Part shown: in pieces, positions 53,871 through 64,000 of the stretch
Layout of the letters: each line of letters starts with the position of its first letter
How positions within the stretch are numbered: position 1 is the first letter of the stretch
Source: Octopus sinensis
Taxonomy: Eukaryota
Direction of reading: 5' to 3'
Assembly: GCF_006345805.1 (NCBI RefSeq)
Contig: NC_043001.1
Span: 4,464,001 to 4,528,000 of the forward strand
DNA: 64,000 nucleotides
The notes under the pieces: model-generated
What the model was told of the DNA's origin: nothing
Databases searched by the model: none
The model's input: only the letters and a program-made list of their open reading frames with translations
Program-made: the position numbers and the translations under genes

Positions 53871-54456
53871 TATAAATGTTTTCGATCGTGTTTGGATTCT
53901 TTACCAGCAAATTTTGAATTCTTTGCAATCAAATTTGAATTTTTCAATTGGTGCTGAAGCTTTGAAAAAGATAGAGTTATGCTACGTCAGCCGTAAGGGA
54001 ATACATGTCTATCTTATCTAACTCGTCCAGTTGAGCCCATCAATTGATGTCTTAAAATATGGATGAAATAACTCATTAACACTGCGATAGCTTCTACCAA
54101 AATATGATTGAACATATTTACGTCATCGACCGATCTGAACAAGGGGAGATAATAGAAAAAGAATCATTCGTTTATTATCTCCCCTTGTTTAGACCGGTCG
54201 ACGATGTAAATATATTGAAGTAACTTTTGGTCGAAGATATGGCAGTGTTCATGAGTTATTTCATCGAACTTTTCAGATATCAATTGGTGGGCTCTACTGG
54301 ACGAGTTAGATAAGATAGACATGTATTCCCTTACGGCTGATGTAGTTTAACTCTCTTTCTTTTCGAGGCTTAAGCATCAATTGAAAAATTCAAATTTGAT
54401 TGCAAAGAATTCAAATTTGATGGCAAAGAATCCAAATTAGATCGAAAACATCTATA
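53871..54456. mobile_element. Near-complete palindromic (fold-back) element, ~285-bp arms
   Basis: Arms pair from tataaatgttttcgatc / gatcgaaaacatctata inward to ggggagataata / tattatctcccc, leaving an 18-nt loop at 54155-54172; TA-rich flanks. Confidence 0.85.
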
Positions 54457-54834
54457 TTATAAAACATATTAACGCCTAATTATTAATAAACTTATGTTTT
54501 GTGTCAGACGATTTTAATGTTACATTATACAGCTATACATAAACAAATGTGATAGGTTTCGGTCCATGTGAGAATACCCTTTGTATGTTGAGTGTTTGTA
54601 TGATAAGTACATGGCAAATATGCTGATATAATACACATCATGAGGTACTTAAATGTCCAAACACTTATAGCAGATTCTATATCAAAATGATTAAGTATCT
54701 CGGAGATATTTATTGTACAGCATACGCTATCCTAAGCTATCCAATTGTATCGGGGTTTTATCATTGAAAAGAATTATAAAAAAAAGCCTTTCTACAAAAA
54801 GCGAAGGACTTTTAATGTGTTAATGGGTGGGGGG

Positions 54835-55010
54835 AGGTAAGTAGACTATATGAACCCCAGTGCACAACTGGTACTTATTTTGTCGTCGTTGAAAAGATGA
54901 AAGGCAATTTGAACCTGTAATAATTGAAAGTCAAAACGTAAAATTGTTTGAAAGAATAAACAAAACGATATTAAACATTTTGCCCGGTAGGGTAAAAAGA
55001 TTTCCCACTC
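54835..55010 (-). mobile_element. Decayed SINE family B
   Basis: gaaccccagtgcacaactggtacttattt...gatgaaaggcaa...aaacattttgcccgg. Confidence 0.55.
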
Positions 55011-55033
55011 GCTGCCTCATAGATTAGGAAATA

Positions 55034-55332
55034 CTAGCAGTATCGCCCGGCGTTGCTCGGGTTTGTAAGGGAAATAACTATAAAGCATTTTTAGAGAGTT
55101 ACTTCCCTTATATAATAGCGAAAAAATGCATTAAAAATGGGAAAAAATGATGGTAATTTTTTTTTTAAATTGTAGACTCATCGTAGACGCGGGCTAATAC
55201 CCAGAAGGGCTCCATATGAATCACGACTATAAGACCCCCCGCTTTTAGTTACACTGCACCGCAAAATGTGGGAGTAGTTAGGAATCTAAATCGTAAGAGA
55301 AAGACACACAACTTCACTTTTATATATAAAGA
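55034..55332 (-). mobile_element. Complete 299-bp non-autonomous Helitron
   Basis: Minus strand reads A|TCTTTATATATAAAA ... cccgagcaacgccggg-cgatactg-CTAG|T, giving all canonical hallmarks (TC start, hairpin, CTAG end, A-T target, no TSD). Confidence 0.85.
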
Positions 55333-55895
55333 TAACAAGACACATACGTCTGAGACATCAATCAGCACAATCTGAACATTAATGTTTTGAGATTGTTCCT
55401 TCTGAGTGAGTGGCATATTCAAGTCATCCACATTCACTGTAGCCGAATTGTTATACATTAGAAAATGACATTTTCAAGCAATTATTGCCAACCACAAAAA
55501 TATTTTCCGAGTAGATTATCTCTAACATAAAATTTCAAAATAGTTTTCAGTCATAAAATAAATCATTGTCTTCACATTTACAAATTTCAATTATATTTTA
55601 TTGATATTTTAGTAACAGTAATATTTTATTACTCTGTACATATTATATAATTTCACCACGAAAAAATTGTGAGCAACAAAACAAGCAAAAATATTGGGGT
55701 ATTTTGTTATAACTTTATATCTATCCGTAGTCATATTCCAACTGATGGCTGACATTGTATTTCCTTCTTCAAAGATTGCTGAATTATATAATAAAAATAA
55801 CATACTTCAAAACAAACATGTATGTACAAATAATCTATCTCTCTACCTATCTATTTGTCTGTCTGTCTATTTATTTACATATAATAATTTGTCTA

Positions 55896-55997
<102 letters not shown>

Positions 55998-56070
55998 GTG
56001 TGTGTGTGTGTGTAAGTGTGTTTATATATATACATATTCATCTATCTATCTATGCATGTATTTATATCTG

Positions 56071-56120
<50 letters not shown>

Positions 56121-56121
<1 letters not shown>

Positions 56122-57038
56122 TAGCACTGTATCACTGTGTTGCCCGGGTGTTATGTTCTATACCCACGTTATATTATTTGTTCCTTTCTTATGCGCAGTT
56201 TGGCACACAACCCTTCTTTACAAATATCTTCTCTGTCCTTTTCTGATGAACAATGCTGCAGTATCCCTCTACCAAATTCCGTCACAAAGTTGAAATTCCT
56301 TGCATGAAGTATCATGCAGAGAGACTGAGCCTGAAACCTTGTGTTTACGAGGCAAACCTCTCAACTACACAGTCATTTTGGCACCTAATATGTGTATGTG
56401 TGGTTACATATGCTGATAACTCGAGTATCGCGTCCCATCTTGACTCAAAGTTAGGAATTCATCAAGCAGTGTCTATAAAATAAATGCTAGTTTGAAGTAT
56501 GTCCAAAAAATCATTATGATCCATTAATTTTTTTAAAGTGATAATCTATCATGTCAAGAGTCGAACGACGAAACCCAGTGAAATCATGTTTAAACAATTA
56601 AAGAGTTCAATTGATAATTGAAATCACAGTGTGTAAAACATGAAATGAAGCGCGGATTTTGTTTGTATAGCGATGACGTTAGTGAAGTAGTAACGTGTTG
56701 ACAACACAATGTCCACATACGTTAGAATGAGCAAGTGAAAAAGAGAGATAATTATAATTACTTTCATGTGGGATATTTCAGTAGAATTCTAAGCATGCTT
56801 GAAACATTGGACGAAAGTGAAACATTACAAGCAAGTTGAAACATTGCCCGAAAATGACCACAAAATTGTGCGTCGCGCCCTCTTTTCCGAGGTTATTTTA
56901 TTAATAAAGATGAGTTGTTATGCGAAAAACATACTTTATTTGATAGCGGAATGATTTCTTTTGATACCTTATATGTCAAAATGAGCAACTCACTTTGCTA
57001 ATCCATAAGGAACACAAACACACACAAACACACACACA

Positions 57039-57114
<76 letters not shown>

Positions 57115-57151
57115 AGCGCATTGCAAATTTTGAAAGTGGTGAGGTTATAGA
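56121..57151 (-). mobile_element. Probable non-autonomous Helitron with embedded SINE-like remnant and (TG)n
   Basis: Minus strand A|TCTATAACC...gtgtgtg...cccgggcaacacagtgatacagtg-CTAG|T; the hairpin is decayed. Linkage of the two ends is inferred. Confidence 0.5.
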
Positions 57152-57631
57152 TTATGGACGAAGATATTAGTGTTAGTGTTTCTTAAAGTTAAAAAAGAAG
57201 AAAGTTCTTAAATATTCCTACTGTTTCTCCGAGGATCACTATGAAATGTTTGCGAAAAACAGTTTTAAAAAGTGAAGAAATTTTGTTTGAGACGGAGGAA
57301 ATTAAAATATTGAGAACCTGTTTTCTGTAGGGCGATCATTGGAAGGTTTCCTGCAGGGAGATCATAGGAATGTGAAGAAATTTAGGGAAAAAAGTTGTGG
57401 CGGTTACACAAATGTCACCTCGGACATGCTCTAAACAACAGGTAAATGATAGGAATACTGGGATAACTGCCTTTTAAGTTGATATGGAAGATCAGGTTTT
57501 GAAATACGCTCATCACACACGGGAAGGGCAGAACAGAAAAAACTCATTTCCATGGTATTTTAGTAGTAATTTTGTGCGTGCATACTGCAAGAAATAGCAT
57601 AAGTCATCCAGAATATTTATCTAGAGAGTGC

Positions 57632-57692
<61 letters not shown>

Positions 57693-59129
57693 AAAGGAGG
57701 TTGTTTTGACATGTATTTCTTAATAAAGAAGCAGTTGAAGAATACTTTCAAAATTATAGTTTAGCCGTGATTGTGAAAGCGTGAAAAAGTTTGTGCTTTT
57801 ATTTGTACGCTTAAACCTCAAATTTGTGGGAGCAAACCTCGTTTCCGAAGTTATCAGCGTCTCCTTCTCTTCCGCTTTTTCCCTCTCTTTGTGCAGCCTT
57901 TCTTTCTCTTTCACCTATCAGACATACATACAATATGAAACATCAGCGTCCCTTTCTCTCCCCCGATTTCCCTCTGTCTTTCAACTTCTATAGAAAGTTG
58001 TTTTGTCTCTCTGTTTCTTTCTCCCTTTTCTTTAATTTTTACTATTATGTGTTTCTCCTGCTCACACATATTCCAGAAATCCTGCCGTGTTAATTTCTTG
58101 TAACGCTAATATGTATGTGGAACTAAATTTAATCTGGTAGCCGAAAGATTACTGAATCTTCTGATAACTCATACGTCAAAATCGGCAGCTCAGTCTTCAG
58201 ATCAATAAGGAACGCGTTCACACACACACACACTTACTCACTGACACACATGCTCTCTTTTTTTTTTATTAATATTACATTATTTACATGTGTGTATGTT
58301 TGGAGATGTATGTATATGTATACACACACATATGTTCCCATATGTATGTATGCGTGTATGCGTGTGTGTGTGTGTGTAGGTATGATATATTAGCCGAGTC
58401 AGAGAACTGCGAACTGGTGTTTTGCCTGATCGTTACAGGGCTATCAAGTGAAAATCCGAACGAGCAAAGAGAACAAAAGATATCAGTAATGTTTATTATG
58501 GCATTTACTACCCTTTCTGTTACATATACATATAAATATAAAAATGTGCGGTGCGTGTGCGTATGTGTGTGTGTTATCCATATCAGTATGCCTTTGTCTG
58601 TATCTGTTTTTGTGTGTGTGTTGTTTATGGGGATGTGTTTGCATGGTTTTATATCTTCCTAAGAAACCGTTAATGTAAAGCCCTTAAGTTTAAAATATAT
58701 ATTATATCTACAGCATTGTCTAAACCTACTGAGGTGTTTTATGATTGAAATAAATAAAGCAGTTAAAGATTGCAATATCTAAATAAGGATGAATTTATAT
58801 TTCATATAAATCTTCCGAAGAAGACGTGATAAAGTTCGCCTCTCCAGTGGAAGCGTATAGCAAAGTCAGTAACTGTGTTAAGTGCTTATGCATTCGCCTT
58901 CAGCAAAAAAGTTCTCTTTCGATACTTCAATATTTGATATAGTGAATTATCAGGTGAGAGCTGGCAGGAAATGGTAGGTTGCACTGAATTGATATTCATT
59001 TCAATTTCTTTGTCTGGGGCGCAGTGAAATGAAGGTCCTCGCGCAATGGCCAAAGAAGCCTTCTATTCCAAAATTCGAATTCACGTTAATGTCTCTGCTC
59101 AACTCTTTAACCAATTGCTCTTTTACTTT

Positions 59130-59510
59130 TTTTTACCTCTTTCATTCATTTGACTGCGGCCATGCTGGAGCACCACATTTTGCCGAACCGCTAGATAACG
59201 GGGACGTAAACACGCCACCATCGGTTCTCAAGCGTTGTTGGGGGAACAAGCACACACACACAAACATACACACACACACATGTAACAAGATGCTGTCGAT
59301 AGCAGTCTAGCCCTATTTATTTAATACTAACTATAACTTAGTTTTGACGACATGTGGACAAGTAGGGCAAGAGTGGTTGTGTGGTAAGTAGCTTGCTTAA
59401 CAACCACATAGTTCCAGGTTCATTCCCACTGCGTGGCACCTTGGACAAATGTCTTCTACTATAGCCTCGGGCCCACCGTTTGCTAGACGGAAACTGAAAG
59501 AAGCCCGTCG

Positions 59511-59541
<31 letters not shown>

Positions 59542-59766
59542 TCTTTTACTCTTTTACTTGCTTCAGTCATTTAACTGCGGTCATGTTGGAGCGCCGCCTT
59601 TAATCGAGCAACTCGACCCCGGGACTTATTCTTTTTGTAAGTCCAGTACTTATTCTATCGGTTTGTTTTGCCGAACCGCTAAGTAACGGGGACATAAACA
59701 CACCAGCATCGGTTGTCAAGCAATGCTAGGGGGCAAACACAGACACACAAACACACATACACATAA

Positions 59767-59853
<87 letters not shown>

Positions 59854-59945
59854 GTATATAAACACACACACACATATATATATACATATATATAAATATG
59901 GGGCTACTGTAGAAAACAGTTGCCCAAGGTGCCCCACAGTGGACT
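59130..59945. mobile_element. Cluster of three SINE A pieces (minus 59130-59280, plus head 59366-59512, minus 59540-59945)
   Basis: Matches to 34183-34664 in both orientations. Confidence 0.8.
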
Positions 59946-60134
59946 TCATGATGCCGTATCAACGTTTTTGACCACCAGAAGGGAAGCTTCTCCACCAATG
60001 TGTGCAGGCGCTGCAACACAGATTGAAGGATTGTGTGGAAAGCAGTTGGGAGATATGCTTTAAAATAACCTCATTTGCTTATATCCATTAAACTATCTTT
60101 GTCAGCCAATAAAGTTTTCACTTGAAACTTGTGA

Positions 60135-60186
<52 letters not shown>

Positions 60187-60492
60187 GAGAGGGAGAGAGA
60201 GGGAGAGAGAGAGAGTGCACGTTTGTCTGTTTATGCAATGAAAAAAGAGACTATACGTACCAAGGAAGTAATGTCCATGAGTAATTCTTACACGATTTAA
60301 ATGAATCGAACTCATTTTATGCAGTGCTCACGTCTAATACAAACGTTGTATTTTTCTTTCTATTTTAAGTCTTTTATTTTGTAAATCTTATATTTTGTTA
60401 TTTTCATATACTTTCGGTCTGCATATATAGGAGTGAACACGGACATATATGCTATGGATACGCGCCGAGCACACACACTCATATGATGATGG

Positions 60493-60870
60493 AAGCACTC
60501 CGTCGGTTACGACGATGAGGATTCCGGTTGATCCGAATCAACGGAACAGCCTGCTCGTGAAATTAACGTGTAAGTGGCTGAGCACTCCACAGACACGTGT
60601 ACCCTTAACGTAGTTCTCGGGGATATTCAGCGTGACACAGAGAGTGACAAGGCCGGCCCTTTGAAATACATGTACAACAGAAACAGGTAGTAAGAGTGAG
60701 AGAAAGTTGTGGCGAAAGAGTACAGCAGGGATCACCACCATCCCCTGCCGGAGCCTCGTGGAGCTTTAGGTGTTTTCGCTCAATAAACACTCACAACGCC
60801 CGGTCTGGGAATCGAAACCGCGATCCTATGACCGCGAGTCCGCTGCCCTAACCACTGTGCCATTGCACCT
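60493..60870 (-). mobile_element. SINE family D variant with a different middle segment
   Basis: The 3' half matches 53035-53354; head gcaatggcacagtggttaggg...cggtttcgattccc. Confidence 0.8.
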
Positions 60871-61789
60871 CCACACACACTCATACACATATATGGGTAC
60901 GTGAGTGTGTGTGAGTGTGTGAGTGTATGTCTGTGTGTCTGTGTGTGCAGGCGTGCTAGTTGTGACTCTATATGTGGGTGTCACCGTGTACCTGTTTTTT
61001 ATAATGAATGTATGTGTACGCCAACGTTCGACGAAGCGTCTAAATCTGGTGAACATATTTCGATACAAATAAGAGATCATATACATGGCTCCCTAACGAA
61101 TGTTTCCCCTTATTCACGTGGAAATATACCCACAGGACAATGATAATATATTTGCACATGCATGGAAACAATTTTAGCGAAGCATATGATGTGACAAGCG
61201 AAGCAAATGCAAAGCTTATTCAAGTAAAATACACATCTCAGATTTCAGAGAAGCTATCAATATGGCAATCCTTGCATTAGAAATAAGGTCTACTAATACA
61301 GAGTTAGTAGGTAATGTACGTGAAATTACAAATAAGTAAATTTTTTTCTGCTGTTGTAGTGTGGGTTTCTATCGGAAAAGAAAAACAGGATTAGAAGCAT
61401 ATATTCAATTATCCTTTCATGAATGGCCTGTTGACCTCCATTTGTATAGCGTAGCTGTTTAAAAACTTCCAGTTCGCAACGCACGTAGCGGATACTTAAA
61501 CTATTCCGCGGTTACACGGCACACATCATGCCGCGGCAGTACGCGTGCCATAATGAAATTTTGTTTTATTAATGTAATTCAAATGTCACTAAAAATGCGA
61601 TGGATTAAAGGTCATTGGAATTCGAGTGTATCAAGTCAGCGGTTTAAGCCTTAAATACTGGTTATACGTACAGAACACAGCTAAACTGATGAAATATCAG
61701 TCACGCTAAACACTTCTAAGAGGGATGTGTATTTAGCTCTTCTATGTGTAGGAAGTAAAACAGAGATAAATAAGCTACACATAGACACT

Positions 61790-61950
<161 letters not shown>

Positions 61951-63499
61951 TATACATTGTATACACTTTTATATACATCTACATATACGTATTTGTTTGT
62001 GCATATATATACATTCATATTTATACACATATATATATATATATCGTTTACATTTTCACGTCATATATCGGAAATTCTTATTGTGGAATTTGTATTTTTT
62101 CAAAGGCATTATCTCTATTCTTCCCTCTTGAGAGAGATGGAAAAATAAAGCAGATATGACATAGATAGGTTTTTGAAAGGCAGAAACTGAAGCCATTTTA
62201 TCTGCTATCAATGGCAGCTGTGCTGGAGAAACTTGTGTCAGTTGGTACAAACGGATGATATTATTAGATTTAAAAAGAACTGGTCTACATATTGTTTGAG
62301 AGAAGTTCGATTACCAATTCCTTTGTTTGTTTTACGTGTTGTTATAAATGCAAGAAAATATATTACTGAGAACGAAATAACTCTAGCCAACGATACGTTA
62401 ATAATTCAATTCCCTTATTGGCTTAATCAATCAAAGCTAAATTCATTTCAATCATTTCTTTTTCTTTGTGACTTATATTTGGTTTATTTATATATTCGAT
62501 TATTTAGACTTTGTTTTACGAAGATTCTCATAAAAAAATATACACAAAAAACATCACAACTGTATTGATATTGGTTTTGATAATGTATTTTTCTATTCGC
62601 TCTTTAGTAAATGAATATAAATTATTAAACAATAACTTTAAGTCGTGTTAGGAAGAAGATTTTAAATAGAATCATAACTCAGTACGAAGGATTAGAGTAA
62701 GCGAGAGTTCATACGGTTTAAACAGAACTGGAAATGCCTTGCCAAGATGCACCGATCAAGAAAGAGAACACGGGTTTATTGATAAATGGCTTGGTTTCAT
62801 ATTCACCACCTTATATAGGGACTGCAAAAATGTATACTTTTAATGTTGATCGACTTCCTGTAAGCAACAGTCGAATATTTTAGAATGTATAATGAAAATG
62901 TAGATAAACTCGACACGGAAAAGAAAACTTAAACGCAGATCATGTCATTATGACTTACAAAAAAAAACTGTGATAGAGCTAAAAATGATATCATAGCCGT
63001 AACTGCGTATCATTTGCATATTATAAAACCAGCATATTAACTTGCTTTCGTATGTTTTCAGACAAAATGATGAATATTCTGTATCAGCATAGACATTATC
63101 CGATAGAATATAATTATTATCATTCAGTCAACGTAGATGTAGTATTACATTTTACTATTCTGGACAGTTTCATGAGGCTAAAGCTGTTCACTTACATGGT
63201 TCGATACCGTCAGAATCGAATGCGATCAATTATGATTTTCTTTGCATAATGACATCATCGTTATATATTTCTTCGATCCTGGACATTAAAAACAACTGAA
63301 TAAATATAACATAAGTACAGGAATTGGATCTTTATATGTTGTTTAAGTCGGAAGGAAAATCAGAGCGAACTGCCATAAAAAATGGTGGGAAGGAAAGCAT
63401 CTTCGCATCGCCAGCCTTGTCCAAGTTTTGAAATAGAGGGGAAAATTAATTAAGATATTGTCGTTCTTTCGTCGACTCCGAAAATAAAGGGGGTATATA

Positions 63500-63665
63500 G
63501 GCGTAGGAGTGGCTGTGTGGTGAGTAGCATGCTTAACAAACTACGTGGTTCTGGGTTAAGTCCCACTGCATGGAACTTCAGGCAAGTGTTTTCTACTATA
63601 GCTTCGGGCCGACCAAAACCTTGAGAGTGAATTTGGTAGACGGAAACTGAGAGAAGTTCGTCGTA
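63500..63665 (+). mobile_element. SINE family A head ending in (TA)n
   Basis: ggcgtaggagtggctgtgtgg...gacggaaactgagagaagttcgtcgtatata. Confidence 0.8.
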
Positions 63666-63673
63666 TATATATA

Positions 63674-63716
<43 letters not shown>

Positions 63717-64000
63717 GAGTTGGGGCCAAAATATTCAGAATGGCATTGTTTCCGTCAGAAAAGTAAGTATAAGTGTTTATCAAAGTTATTTTATATTCTA
63801 TAATTTTCACAGACAATACATACGATATTATTGGTTATTGTCTGCGATTTTGAGAGGATAATACAAAACTTATGGATGATTTAGTGATTTACTGCAAAGC
63901 CAATGGCGGCCAAAATGACCAGAACGGTTGAAAATATAACAAAATAATCCAAAATGACAGAGAATACTGGAATTATCTAATATTTAGTGTGAGGGCCTTT

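Overview
AT-rich, microsatellite-dense eukaryotic DNA. It is most likely Octopus or another coleoid cephalopod; this is inferred from the SINE families and the repeat load, not from a search. I cannot support any host protein-coding exon, so the window reads as intergenic or deep-intronic. Almost all ORFs in the track are microsatellite artefacts. The recognisable content is transposon-derived: (1) about 12 fragments of non-LTR retrotransposons with a restriction-like endonuclease (RLE; R4/Dong-like), from several families, most embedded in (TAA)n arrays, including a 1842-bp tandem duplicate carrying the 513-aa ORF and a same-orientation stack at 47.4-51.3 kb; (2) a ~560-bp non-coding element sharing the same TAA target, one copy with a near-perfect fold-back 5' end; (3) three near full-length but decayed Tc1/mariner elements with TIRs; (4) three minus-strand non-autonomous Helitrons; (5) many tRNA-derived SINEs; (6) several long palindromic or fold-back elements and one miRNA-like hairpin. 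The best candidate for an under-described system is the TAA-microsatellite-targeting retroelement guild: several RLE LINE families plus a possible non-tRNA passenger element. All coordinates were read by eye and may be off by a few bases.
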